NCBI GenBank assembly: GCA_965153355.1
Contig: OZ231126.1
Location: 8,618,001-8,682,000 of the forward strand
Direction: 5' to 3'
Source of the DNA: Flaccisagitta enflata
Lineage: Eukaryota
Length of the DNA: 64,000 nt
Below, one piece after another: positions 11,887 to 26,345 of this stretch; position 1 is the stretch's first letter; every line of letters begins with the position of its first letter. The translations under genes and the position numbers were made by a program. Below the pieces are notes generated by a model that had not been told where the DNA came from, did no database searches, and saw nothing but the letters and a program-made list of their open reading frames with translations.

Positions 11887-12130
11887 GATGGCCTTTTGTT
11901 GATGTTTTTGTTTATTGTGTTTTTTTTTTTTGTGTGTCTAATTTGTGTGTTTTTTTGTTTGTTTTTTTGCCTCTTGATATGCGCGACGATTCGTTAGTTA
12001 GTTTGATTGGTTGTCTTTGTTATTGTTCTCATCGTTCGTTTGACTTTTGTATTTGATAAATCTTTGAGTTGTATGAAACTGGATACAAAGCGTCAAAGTG
12101 ACAATCTATTTCTAATTCCAGTATTTCAAC

Positions 12131-12335
12131 AAACAAGGCCGGATACACGGCTACCCCAGTCGCGTGCGGGTGGGCAGGGGCTATATTTGAGGTCAGTATA
12201 GCCAAAAAAACATAAACGCCAAAAAATCAAAGTGTGACGGACCAACGGATGGACGGACCGACGGACGGACGGACCGACGGACGGACGGACGGACCGATAA
12301 AGCGGGGTGTATAGTCGCGTAGCACGCGACTAAAA
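12131..12335 (-). mobile_element. HINE family A
   Basis: AACAAGGCCGGATACACGGCTACCCCAGTCGCGTGC ... (GGAC)n ... AGTCGCGTAGCACGCGACTAAAA. Confidence 0.85.
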
Positions 12336-13431
12336 GTGCTATTAAGAATGTTGAATGTTGCATATGGCTATGATAGTTAATCCTTTTTCAGAGGAAAAGT
12401 TTGTGATTCTGAATCTTTAGATTGTTAGATAACAATATTGAATAAGGGCTCATGCTGGAGCCTTTCGGTTCGACCCCCGGTCAACCGGATTTCAAGAGAC
12501 CAATGAATTTCATTCATGTGAGCGGGATTACATTACATTTACAGCAAGTATGGGAAATATAGGAAATATGACAATAATTCGGTTAAAGGTAGTAAAAATT
12601 TACATTACTAGCGAAAATGGGTTCAAATGTAAAATGTCAACAAATTGAATTAGCTGTTTGAGAAAATATAAACTTGTGACATTGACGCTTTGCAACAAAA
12701 AAAAAAAAAAAGCCGAATTTTGAACAAATCTATCAAGACGCTCTAAAGTTTTGGATGCATATAAAGTTTCATAATGAAGCACACTACGCCTTAGTCAAAG
12801 TTTAGTTTGAAAAATCTTGAACACACCGCGCCATAGTTGAGGATCAGTCTGAAAAATTAGCTGGCAGTCATTGAAAAAAAACAAAATATGACCACATACA
12901 AAGTGGTTCATAATGACGAGTTTCTCTCTTGATGGCCAATAAGTGTGTCAATTTGTCAAAGGCATTACAATGTTTACTCCCATCGAGATAATATTATTTC
13001 ATGGACATTTTAACTATAAACGTTGGCTGTTTTGATACTGGAACAATGTCTTACAGGAAATATCTGATGGACTGATGGACATACTTCATCAAACTGCTTT
13101 GCTATTGATTTTCATACTTAAAAATTTCATTTTGTCATTAGGACAGATTCTTATTTTCTTCGCCTCTCTCATTTCAGGAGTGTCGTGACAGACAAGCGGA
13201 CAAAGTCCGCGTGAAAAAAAAAAACATGTTTAGTTCCTTCTTTTCTACATCGAGAAGTAAAGGATCTCATTGAGGGGGTGTGAGGGGCTTACACACTACG
13301 ATGGGGGAGCGGGGTCAGTGAGAGTTCTGTTTGAAAGAGTCACGCTGACATACACGGGGGTGCACTGGCCTGAGACAGAGGGAAGAGGTAATCTGAGGCC
13401 GTAACAAGGACAACCATTTATCCAAGAATCA

Positions 13432-13681
13432 GGGTGCGTTTCTAGTCCGACAACCGCGTTTTGAACGGGCCACTCGGTCGCTCGCTACGTTCGTTCGCTT
13501 GCACCGCTCACTCCGCTCACTCGCTCCGCAGCACTCCGCTTCGCTACGCTCCGTTCACGGGATCGCTCACTCACTTCGCTCACTCCCTCGTGGGACGGTT
13601 GAAATTCTTGAATATGTGTTCACGCTGTGATCGCGTTTCACAGGAACAAACGCGTTTTTCATCTTCAATAGAAACGCGCCC
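13432..13681 (+). mobile_element. PIF/Harbinger-type MITE (family B)
   Basis: TIRs GGGTGCGTTTCTA / TAGAAACGCGCCC with a TCA...TCA duplication. Confidence 0.8.
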
Positions 13682-14760
13682 TCACAGATGGAGGCGGCAC
13701 CCGTTGGCTTGGAGTGATCTGCAGAAAAATATGAGTAAAAGTAGGAGGTTCTGTAGAACACAGAAGTGATTTTACAGACATTCTAGTAAGACATAGCTGG
13801 TCTCAAAGGGTTACTATAGGTTTTTCTGGAACCTGATTTGAGATCTGGGAGGGCTAGTTTGAGACATGGAATGTCAGACTGGAGGGCAGGAATGCTCTTG
13901 AGACCTGGGAGAGGGCTGACCTGTCCCTTGAGAAGCCGGGAAAGGGGCACCAACAGTAACTATTCTGCAAATTCACCTCTGTGCTCATCGGGACATCGGC
14001 CCTTCTGGACCGCCGCCCATAAAGAAATGAAGGCAGAGACACTGAACTGGGACTTGGAAGAGATAACAGCGGGGATGAAAGAACGGGCTCTGACGTGGTG
14101 ACGCCAAATGAAGGAGACGGATGAATTAAGAAATATATAAATAGATGGATGAATCAATGAATGAATTGATTAATTTACAAACTGGATATAGGAAATTAGA
14201 AAAAGACGCCGAATTAATGAGATGAAAAATGAGTTAATACAGAACTTGGAGGATTGGGGATCGGGGGTTTTGGTGGAGTGGGGCATTGGGGAGCGAGGGA
14301 GGGAGAATAGAGGAGGTTAAGAATGGGAAGAGAGGACTTCTTATGTTTTGAGGTCCGAATGAAGAGGGTTACTATAAGTATAAGGGTATATAAAAAGATA
14401 AAGGAGCGGACGGTTTTGAGTTTCTAGGACAACACTTTAACCAAATAACCATGTAAGTGACCTCATCAAGAAATGGCGCCCTAGTCAGTATCTCCATTGT
14501 TCAGTCGGTCGGTCGGTTGGTAACTGGTAAGTTGGTACAGTTGAATCGCGTTCTAACAAATCCCATCTACGGTAAAGCTTATAAATGGGGAAAAAACGAA
14601 TTGGATACATTCTTCAGTTCCCAAGTTTCATATTTACTTCAAATTTAGTTCCTTGACCTTTGCACGGAATTACGCAGCTGTACAGGCGAAAATTTCTACA
14701 AGGAACATTATCAACTAACGTTGATATATAAAGATTAAGAAACATGATCTTTTGTGATAA

Positions 14761-15968
<1,208 letters not shown>

Positions 15969-16031
15969 CACCGCCCCTGCCAAAACCACTTGATTATACA
16001 AATGCGATGAGGGTAGCCGTGTCTCAGGCTG

Positions 16032-16265
16032 TTTTTTAGTCGCGTGCTACGCAACTCTACACCCCGCTTTGTCGGTCCGTCCATCGGTCCGTCCGTCGGT
16101 CCGTCCGTCGGTTCGTCGGTCCGTCGGTCCGTCCATCACACTTTACTTTTTTTGGGTTTTTGCGGTCTTTGGCCTCACTGCTCCTGCCCAATTGATCAAA
16201 AGACCCCAAAAACAGCCCCTGCCCACCCACACGCGACTGGGGTAGCCGTGTATCCGGCCTTGTTT
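16032..16265 (+). mobile_element. HINE family A
   Basis: TTTTTAGTCGCGTGCTACGCAACT, (GTCG/GTCC)n, CACGCGACTGGGGTAGCCGTGTATCCGGCCTTGTT. Confidence 0.85.
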
Positions 16266-16874
16266 CAAGCAAGCCTTAATTCCTAGGTTTTCTAGTGATC
16301 ACCATTACTGTCACCAACTTAAAGTCGTTTAAGACAGGTAAATGTTCTCATAACAGTGATTTGGTCGTATTCTAGCAGGCTCTAATTTGTGAGTTTACTG
16401 TTATCCAACCCAATACGATTTAGCTGTTGATAAAACATTTTTTTTTAGATTTAGTACCTTAAGCTTGTAGAAAACTCTGGGCTCACCTGTGGCTGCTTTG
16501 CAAGATGTTTGCTCATAGTGAAACATGAATAGTAATTAAAGGTGAAGCACTATGTCTCAAGAAAAGCTAGAGGATTACTCGTCTGTCATCGTTTCTCTGA
16601 GTGAAGTGCTCAGAGACAGACACACTGACATACAAAATAACAGTGTCTTTTTGAAAGCATCCTATGGTATTCTTAGTACTTTTGAACAGTATTTAAACAA
16701 CTACTGACTAAAAAACCCACATATTTTGCGATGACTACGTAAAAAAATGATCGATAAAATCTGTAGACATCACATTTCACTATTGTATGTGAGCTAAAGT
16801 CGCTTAAATTCATTAGAGAAAAAAAAAATGAAAATGGCAAGTAAACCAAAAAATACGGTTCTTTCACCGAGATG

Positions 16875-17050
16875 TCTATTGTGCAATGACACGTAAACGC
16901 TCAAATGCTTTCTATTGGTCAATGACACGTCAACACGTAAATGCTTTCTATTGGTCAATAACTCGTTGACAGGATAATGTTCTTCATTGGTCAACGCCTC
17001 TTAGATATGACGACTCACATAAACAAACAAATCATTCGGCGTTGACGTGG
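16875..17050. promoter_or_regulatory. 36-bp tandem repeat with three ATTGG (reverse CCAAT) boxes and ACGT-core bZIP-like sites
   Basis: ATTGG at 16914, 16950 and 16986; TGACACGTCA at 16923; TGACGTGG at 17043. Function is inferred only. Confidence 0.3.
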
Positions 17051-17152
17051 AAAATGGGAATTACGCGTCGCGTATTTTTTGGTCCTCTTCATAACTTCAT
17101 CTTCACCTTCATCATCTTTTTTCTCTTTTTCTTATTAATCTTTTCCCTTTTC

Positions 17153-17385
17153 TTTTTAGTCGCGTGCTACGCGACTCTACACCCCGCTATGTCTGTTGGT
17201 CGGTTGATTGGTCGGTCGGTTGGTTGGTCAGTTGGTCGGTCGGTTAGTGGGTCATTAGTCGGTCAGTCGGTCGCTGCTTTCAGCGTTTTTAGGCTTTTCG
17301 AGTATACGGCTCGGACCGGATGCCTCAGTGACCTTCTGGCCTCTCCTGCCTGCAGCTAAGGGTAGCCGTGTATCCGTCCTTGTTC
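17153..17385 (+). mobile_element. HINE family A
   Basis: TTTTTAGTCGCGTGCTACGCGACT ... GGGTAGCCGTGTATCCGTCCTTGTT. Confidence 0.8.
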
Positions 17386-17419
17386 TTTTTTACTTTTTTT
17401 TTGTCTTTTTATTTTTATT

Positions 17420-18509
17420 TTTCCTCCTCTTCTTCCTCTTCTCTTTCCTCTTCTTCTTCTTCTACTTCTACTTCTGCTTCTGTTTCTGCTTCTGCTTCTT
17501 CTTCCTCTTCTTTTTCCTCCTCTTCTTCTTCTTCTGCTTCTGCTTCTGCTTCTGCTTTTTTTTTCTTTTTTTTTCTTTTTCTTTTCCTTATTCTTATTCT
17601 TCTGCTTTTTTTTTCTTTTTCTTATTCTTATTCTTATTCTTGTTCTTATTCTTTTTCTTCTTCTTATTTGTATTCTTTGTCTTTGACTTTGTCTTTGTCT
17701 TCTTCTTCTTCTTCTTCTTCTTCTTCTTCTTCTTCTTCTTCTTCTTCTTCTTCTTTTCTTTCTTCTTCTTCTTCTTCTTCTTCTTCTTCTTCTTCTTCTT
17801 CTTCTTCTTCTTTTCTTTTCTTGGCATTTCTTTTCCTCTTTCTCTACTTTCTGTCTTTATTCTTCTATCTTTTTTCTTTTTTTCCTCTTCTTCTTTCCTT
17901 TTTTTTCCTCTTTCTTCATCTTCCCTTCTTCTACTTCAATATTCGTTTCCGCTTCTGCTTCTGCTTCTGCTTTTTTTTAGTTGCAGACACTCAACTCTAT
18001 AAGAGACTTTGTCTGTTGGTCCATTGGTCCGTCGGTCCGTCGGTCCATCAGTTCTTTGGTCCGTCGGAGGTCATAGAGTTGAAAAGTGGGAAAACGAGCG
18101 TTTTAGACACTTTTTGTGTATGTTTGAGTGCGGGGGTTTGGGTGGGGATGCGGTTGAATGCCACTGCCCATCCGTCCGCAAAAACATTGTGACCCCGCGT
18201 CACTTGTTTTTCTTATTCTTATTCTTATTCTTATTCTTATTCTTATTCTTATTCTTATTCTTGTTCTTGTTCTTGTTCTTGTTCTTGTTCTTATTCTCGT
18301 TCTGCCTTCGTCTCTTATCTTCACTCTTCTTATTCTTCCTTTCTTCTTTTCTTCTTTTTTCTTCTTTTTTCTTCTTCTTTTCCTTTTGTTCCCTTTTCCT
18401 TCTTTTCTTTTCTTCCTTCTTCTTTTTTCTTCTCTCTCTTTCTTCTTCTTCTTCTTCTTCTTCCTCTTGTCTGTTGTCTTATCTTCTTTGCACGTTTCCT
18501 TTACTATCT

Positions 18510-18555
<46 letters not shown>

Positions 18556-18630
18556 TCTCTCTCTCCTGCCTCTGAATTTGTCTGTCTTTATCTGTCTGTT
18601 TTTATCTGACTTCATATGAATTTTTCTGTT

Positions 18631-18664
<34 letters not shown>

Positions 18665-18770
18665 CCTGTTTGTTTGTTTGTTTGTTTGTTTGTTTGTCTC
18701 TCTGTCTGCCTGCCTGTCTGTCTCTATCTGTCTGTCTATGTCTGTCGGTTTGTCTCTCTCTCTCTCTCAC
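17420..18770. repeat. Compound microsatellites (TTC, TTCTGC, TTCTTA, CT, GTCT, GTTT) with a HINE variant inserted at about 17972-18210
   Basis: Direct reading; the insert begins TTTTAGTTGCAGACACTCAACT and carries GTCC repeats. Confidence 0.85.
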
Positions 18771-18993
18771 TGCTTATTGTAGACTCATGTAGATTAATCA
18801 TCCAGGAAGAAGGCTTCTTCACACATTTTTGATCAGGAAGTTGCCACTCTTTTATTCAACAACGTCGCAAATACCACCAACACTTCCTCTATCACTTTTG
18901 CAACTGCACCTATGCAACTTCGGTTACCAACTCTGCAGCCAAAAATGCACTGCAGGTATCACAATCTTCATTGCCACTGTCACTGTCACTGTC

Positions 18994-19037
<44 letters not shown>

Positions 19038-19825
19038 TGTTTGTGTGTGTGTGTGTGAGGCAATCCTGACGTGTTTGTCCTCAGGAAAACAATCAATGAT
19101 CAAACCCTCATCCGTTGTCTCACCGTCTCCTTCTTTCCCCCTCCCTTTTCTCAAAGGGTCCTCCTATTTCCTCATTTCCCCAATCCCGTTTGGTCCCCTC
19201 CCCTCTTTTAGATTTCCTTCCCAAAGAAAAGCACAGCTATGAATAAAAATCCAAACGCTGTTACGCATATTGATAGTGTTGCAAAGCTGAGCGATATATA
19301 TCTGGCTAAGCTATATGGAGTGTGAGGGATAATCTCTCTCTCTCTCTCGACTCCCTGGAGAGCAATTTCCCTATTGATCAACATCCTCATATAGACTTTT
19401 TCGTCCTCTTTTTCCTCCTCTTCCTCCTCATAAATGAGACCAACTTCCCCCCTTAAGGCCTCTCATCATCAGTCTTTTATCACATAGTTTAACAGACTTT
19501 ACAACATATTTCAAATTTTGTATCGTCTACCTTTTATCCAGTAACACTAAATCTTAAGTAGTAAGGGGAAGCCTAAAAATTCTTTTCTTAATGCAATTAC
19601 CCCTTGCTCTACCATATCCGACAGTAATGGAAATCCGCCTATAACAAAAATAAAATGCTGGTCCCCTGATGATATTTATTTCTAATTCTTATATTCCGTT
19701 GTAAAAGATAGAATTTATTGGTCCCTAAACATCCGTTATTGTTAGAATAAGCTTAAGTATCATTTTGAAATAATCTTTTAAATGTAATTTTACTCAGGTT
19801 CATTTTTAATGTTTCTGCTCTTGTA

Positions 19826-20064
19826 AACAGGCCGATATCTCAGCCTAGAGTCCCATATCCCAGCCTCAAGGCTCAAATCCCAGTCTTGAGGCCCAAATCC
19901 CAAAAGACTGAAATCTGGGCCTTGGGGTTGCGATTTGGGCCTTGAGGCTGGGATTTGGGCCTCGAAGGAGAAGGAGAAGGAGGGGAAGGAGAAGGAGGAG
20001 GAGAAAATTCCCAATATGTGTGAAAGTATAGGTCATCGACTCCTTCGGGGCCGCTGCCCAAAAA
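19826..20064 (-). mobile_element. Family C variant with GGGATTTGGGCCTYGAGGCT repeats
   Basis: Ends ATAGGTCATCGACTCCTTCGGGGCCGCTGCCCAAAA, as does the 52688-53410 copy. Confidence 0.6.
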
Positions 20065-20099
20065 GGAGAAAGTAGCTGCGAATGATGAAGAAAACGATA

Positions 20100-20204
20100 A
20101 ATGAAAAAGAAGAGGAGGATGAAGAATTGGAAAAAAGAGAAGAAGGAGAAGAAGAAGAAGAAGAAGAAGAAGAAGGAGGAGAAGAAGAAGAAGAATAAGA
20201 AGAA

Positions 20205-20239
<35 letters not shown>

Positions 20240-20545
20240 AGAAGAAGAAGAAGAAGAAGAAGAAGAAGAAGAAGAAGAAGAAGAAGAAGAAGAAGAAGAA
20301 GAAGAAGAAGAAGAAGAAGAAAACGGAAGACAAGAACAAGGGCAAAAACAACAGGACAAAAAAAAGAGCAAGAACCAGAGGAACAAGAGCCAGCAAAAAA
20401 CATGAACAAAAGGGAGGAAAAAAGAAAGAAGAAGCAGGAGTAGTAGTAGATGAAGACGGAAGAGGATAACGCTGCAAGGAGACAGTTTATGGGGCATCTA
20501 TTTCGGGAAGAGCTATAAAACTTTATTCCACCGCCTGGACAAATG

Positions 20546-20638
<93 letters not shown>

Positions 20639-20670
20639 CAGAGACAGAGACAGAGACAGACAGACAGACA
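20100..20670. repeat. (GAA)n, (GA)n and (GAGACA)n microsatellites
   Basis: Direct reading. Confidence 0.95.
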
Positions 20671-21263
20671 GAAAGACAAAGAGAAGAAAGAATCATCAAA
20701 TAAGCAGACTGACACTACCGCCAAGGATAACCAGACAAACTGAGAGTACAAGCAAGGAGGAAACAGTCAAAGCAATTTGTGTCATTGAGTTTTTTTTAAG
20801 TTCTTTTTTTCTTTTTTTCTTTTTTTTTTTTCTTTTTTATTTTTTGTGGTGATGTCATCTTCAGTCTCCACTGGGCTGTTAAATGACTTGCTTTTTTTTA
20901 ACGTTACAAGGAAGTTTTTTTTTTCTTTTTTCTTTTTGGTTAAGGTAGACCATAAAGTGATGGAAGCTTTTTTTTCTTTCAATCTCACACCACAGTCCCG
21001 ATGATTGCGATGAGTTCCCGCTGAAAAGAAATGGTCAGCATATCGATACATTGACACAGTTACGACTATCGGGCATGAACAGTATCAACCTGCAATATTT
21101 CAGTTTCTATTACCTTTAGTCATTATCAACCAAGATTTCAGTTTCTATCAACTTCAAAGGCGTCCCAGGGCATGGGTATCAAAAGTCATGGGCGATCCTG
21201 AGCACAAGCGTTCTTTGACATGGACGTAGGTGACCCTTGGTGTGAGCTTGTGAGCCATGGAAT

Positions 21264-21710
21264 TTTTAGTAGCACATATGCGACTCTATAACCCCCGCTT
21301 TGCCTGTTGGTCCATCTGTTGGTCAATATCACTTTGCTTGGAGGGTCCATCAAGATGCCCAAAAAAGATCCATGAGATGATAGCCAACAAGAACTTCCAC
21401 TGGCCATAAGGTTTTTGCATTACTGCTTAAGATTTTTGCATTACTGCTCCTCCCAAAAGCTTAGGTAGGCTGGGTAGTGGGTACTGGGTAGTCTTTTTTT
21501 TCATCACTTCCCCTGCCTACTTGGACGCGAAATGGGTACCCATGTATTTGGCCTTGTTATTTTCAACAAGGCTGGATACACGGCAATCCAGTCGCGGATG
21601 GTTGGGCAGGAGCAGGAATGCAAAAACCGCCTGGAATTCAAAAATGTTACCGACGGACCAACCTACCGACCGACACGACAAGGTGCAGAGTCGCGTGTCC
21701 GCGACTAATA
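21264..21710. mobile_element. Two HINE family A copies, tail to tail (21264-21560 plus strand, 21563-21710 minus strand)
   Basis: ...GTATTTGGCCTTGTT followed by AACAAGGCTGGATACACGGC...AGTCGCGTGTCCGCGACTAA. Confidence 0.65.
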
Positions 21711-21881
21711 ACGGGTCTCTTATCTTAAAGTTTAGTGAGAACATTATGGCTGGTAGTGCCAACACATTGGATGGTAGCGTCAAAGGCGACGACAGATAAG
21801 GGGATCGGATTGGAGCATTCGTCCATGGGTCAAAGGTCAACCTGGAGATCAAGTTATACATGAAACGAGACAGAGAAAGAA

Positions 21882-22245
<364 letters not shown>

Positions 22246-22361
22246 CAACGATGGTGCAATCAACTATTGTTAAATATAGTGTACACTATATGTAAGAAGG
22301 ACCTAGACAATAAGTCTTCATACACATGTATTTCAAACATGAATAGTCGCAAAAGCGTTAG

Positions 22362-22827
22362 ATGGTCAGCGGTACCGTTGCCCTCAAGAATGTATGAGGG
22401 TGAGATGGTGAAAGTGGCCGCCCCTATAGAGCCGATGACCTATGTTGTCATATTAGGCCTGAGGCTGAATCAGCCTGAAGGATTTGAGCCAGAGGCAGTG
22501 GATTTGAGCCTCTGGATGAGATTTGCTCAGATCAATTTGAGCACTAAGGTTGGAATTTGAGCCCTGTTGGGAAATTGAGCCTCAAGGTTGATTTCAGCCT
22601 TGAGTGCTGGGATTGGGCCTCGAGGCTGGGATTTGGGCCTGAGGCTGGGATTTGGGCCTCGAGGCTGTCGAGATTTGGGCAACGGCGTTTCTGGATTTGG
22701 ATTCAAGGCTAGGATTTGGGCTCCTGTAAGGCTGAAGTGGGGGACGAGGGAGTATAAGGAGAGTACAATAGGGCCGAGAAATTTCCTAAAGAAGATAGTC
22801 ATCGGTTCTCGCCATACTGCCCAAAAG
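22362..22827 (-). mobile_element. Family C element, degenerate
   Basis: ATGGTCAGCGGTACC tail, GGATTTGGGCCTCGAGGCT repeats, CTGCCCAAAA end. Confidence 0.6.
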
Positions 22828-24218
22828 GAGCTATAAGATGTTTAAGAATAGATTTAAGAATAAGTATGTAAGACGAGTACAGTCAGCGGACAAAACATAA
22901 TAGGTATATATATCATACCGTTGGTTTTGATCCAACATGGTGATAGTAAACAAAATATTGTAAGCAACAACCAGTGGGTTAAATAACACCTGGCTGTAAT
23001 GTTACAAAATTATAGCATTACAGCCCATTGTTGAATACAACATTTTGGTTGTTACAGCTGGCTGTACTATCTTGGAAAAAATAAAAGTCCAAGCTGGATA
23101 AAGGAAAGATTTGATTTCGAATTTGATAAAAGAATGATCATTTTTACTAGCCTACTATTTAAAATAACCTTTTTAGAGTTTAGAAATTGCTTGTATCTGT
23201 AAGGGAATGCCTTAGTAAAGAGTATAATGCCATTTTGAAGTACATTCCCTCCACACAATTTGTTTACAATTTCTGAGAATCAACATTCTCACTCTTTTTG
23301 ATCTAGAACCCAAACAAAAAAAGCTAGGAGTCTCTGCTTGGGGGCAATAAGTAGCCCTGATCAAGAGTTTCAAAATGGTCACCAATTTTCCTTTCAAATT
23401 CTGCATATCAAAGCGACACTGTAACAAAACGTCATGCATTCATATTCTATCCAAGTTTTTTGTCTATTTCCTGAAATCAACATGTTTACTTATTTTGATG
23501 TAAAATCTAAACAAACAAAGCATTGAGTCTCAGCTTGGCGCCATATGCTAGCCCTGTTTATTGGCTTCATTTTGGTCACCAATTTTCATATCAAATCATG
23601 TATATCAAAGCTGTAATATGATTAAACGTCCTGGACTTTTATTTTTAGTCGCGTGCACGCGACTCTATACCCCGCTTTGTCCGTCCGTCGGTCGGTTGGT
23701 CGGTCGGTTGGTTGGTCGGTCGGTCCCCATTTTACTTTTTTTATTCGTTTTATTCCTATCAAGTCATTTTAAGTCAATTAAGTGATTTTGAGTCAAATTA
23801 GATCATTTTAAGTCATTTTAAGTCATTTTAAGTCACTTTAAGTCAAATTAAGTCATTTGAGTCATTATTGAATTTTAGTCAATTTAAGTCAATTTTAGGT
23901 CATTTTAAGTCATTTTAAGTAAATTCAAGTCAATTTAAGTCAGTTTAACTCAGTATATGTCAATTTAAGGCAGTATAAGTTAATTTAAGTCATTTTATGT
24001 CATTTCTAAATTTTAGTTTATTTAAGTCAATTTAGGTCACTTTAAGTCAATTTAACTTATTTTAGGTAAATTCAAGTCATTTCAGGTAAATTCTAGTCAC
24101 ATTAACTCATTTTAAGTCAATTTAAGTCAATATAAGTCAATTTAAGTCAATTTAAGTCATATTATATCCTTTCAGTCACTTATATATAGCTTAGGTTATT
24201 AAGGGTTATTATAGGTTA

Positions 24219-24629
24219 CTACGCGAATAAAAAAAAAAGCCGCACCCTTTTGTAGCCAAGTGGAAAAGACACAAAAAATCAATTTAAAAGTTTTTTGTTT
24301 AACTGGTTTTAAAGATTTTTGAATTTTCTTTCATTCTGGACTAATCCCAGGTCTGTATCTCAAACCGTTTAGGAGATAGAGCTTGCCAAAGTGAACCTCT
24401 CTTTTTCAAAAATGCTCATTTTTCAATAGGATTGCAAAACTGAAAGTGGCAATGTTTTTACTCTTTTTTACGCCATTTCTAAACGAATAAAGCTAGAAAT
24501 ACCAGATTGAAGCCAAATGAAAGATCTTTTTGAGATCTTTGAAATGGTCTAAGATTTTGTTTGATTATTTTGTATTTTGATATGATGAATTGCCATTTAA
24601 AAGTGCGGCTTTTTTTTTGATTCGCGTAG
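24219..24629. mobile_element. TA-flanked MITE (Tc1/mariner type)
   Basis: TA|CTACGCGAATAAAAAAAAAAGCCGCAC ... GTGCGGCTTTTTTTTTGATTCGCGTAG|TA. Confidence 0.85.
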
Positions 24630-25351
24630 TATTATGCAATTGTAGGTCATTATTGGTAATTATAGGTCAGTATAAAATCATAGGTAAATATAGGTAATTA
24701 TAGGTCATTATAGGTAATTGTAGGTATTTATAGGTAATTATAGGTCATTATGTAATTATAGGTAATCATAGGTCATTATACGTAACTATAGGTCATTATA
24801 GGTCATTATGCAATTATAGGTCAATTTTGGTAATTATAGGTCATTATGTAATTATAGATAATTATAGGTAATAGGGTATTATAGATCGTTATAAGTAATT
24901 ATAGGTCATTATGTAAATATAGGTAATTAAAGGTCATTAAAGGTAATTATCGGTAATTATAGGTCATTATGAAATTATGGGTTATTATAGGTAGTCAAAG
25001 GTCATTAAAGGTAATTATAGGTCATTATGTAATTATAGGTAGTTATAGGTAATCATAGGTCATTAAAGTTAATATAGGTCATTATGCAATTATAGGTAAT
25101 TATAGGTAATCATAGGTCATTATAGGTAATTATAGGTCATTATGATATTATAGGTAATTATGGGTAATAATAGGTCATTATAGGTAATTATTGGTCCATA
25201 TGTAATTACAGGTGATCATAGTTCTTTATAGGTACTTATAGGTCAGTATTCAATTATTGGTAATTATAGGCAATTATAGGTAATTATAGGTAATTATAGG
25301 TAATTATAGGTAATCATAAGTCATTATGGGTAATTATAGGTCATTATGTTA

Positions 25352-26345
25352 CAGGGTGTATCAAGTATTTTGCTCTTTAAGGAATCAACATAGCTTTTCT
25401 CCTAGAAAAGCTATTCCAATTCTGAAAAAAGGTCTGAATAGATCTTGAAGTGCAGTTTTTTTATGTCACCAATTTTTTGGATTTGCATTTTTTAGCTTGG
25501 GAGCTACGGGAATTTAAAGTAAACAACATTATCCAGTCAACTAACCATGGTAAAGAAAAAAATGGATAACTTCTTTTACTAGTTTCTGTTTAACTGTGGG
25601 CCTGAACTGCAGAAAATCCATGACTGTTTAAAAGCTCTGCAAAAAATCTTCAAAACGCGACGTTGCTGGACATTGTAGCTTCATTCATTTAGAAATGGCA
25701 AAGGATTAAAGAAAAAATCACAGATTGAAAAAAATGCTCATTTCAATTTTTTCCCATCGAGAAATTCTACTCTTTTCGTTTTTGTCAATTACGTAACTCA
25801 GGATTGTCTTAGCTACCCGATATCCATGAGCAAATTAAAGAACTATGAATTTTCTATAAAATGGGGCCAAGAACAAATTTCTAACTCAATTTGTATAATT
25901 CCTATGTTACAATAAAGATGACCCATGGAAATCAGATGGTACTGATTTTCCAAATTCTTGACCACCTGTCTTCATTCTTCTGCCATTTCAAAACGGATAG
26001 AGATATGACAACCAGCAAGGTCTCATTGGAAAGATCTTTCATAAAGCTTCAAAACGGTCATGGATATAGCTATGTTTTTCGCATTGCTTGGATGTGATAT
26101 ACTAACAAACAAGTAGTTTGCTTTTTTTTTTGCCATAAATATCCAGATTAAAGATGCAGGCTGGATATGGTTGTTTTCTTCAAACTTACATAGTGGGCAT
26201 AATTAAAAGCGCAGATATAAAAAATTGGTGACATGAAAAAACTGCACTTCAAGATCTATTCAGACCTTTTTTCGGAATTGGATTAGCTTTTCTAAGAGAA
26301 AAGATATGTCGATTCCTTAAAGAGCAAAAGACTTGATACACCCTG
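25352..26345. mobile_element. TA-flanked mariner-type MITE with about 130-bp TIRs
   Basis: TA|CAGGGTGTATCAAGT...TGTCACCAATTTT and AAAATTGGTGACA...ACTTGATACACCCTG|TA. Confidence 0.9.

Noticed and set aside
9891..11902. Ser-rich plus-strand ORFs and alternate-frame minus ORFs over the acidic gene
   Set aside because: Shadow frames produced by GAT/GAA/GCT-rich repeats.
18782..18955. Possible plus-strand exon between TTGTAG and CAG|GTATCA
   Set aside because: All three frames contain stops unless an indel is assumed, and the peptide is unrecognisable.
19600..19745. pogo/Tigger-like MITE fragments (also about 8535-8615 and 37800-37960)
   Set aside because: Shared CCGCCTATAA/GGTCCC motifs are suggestive but too degraded to define boundaries.
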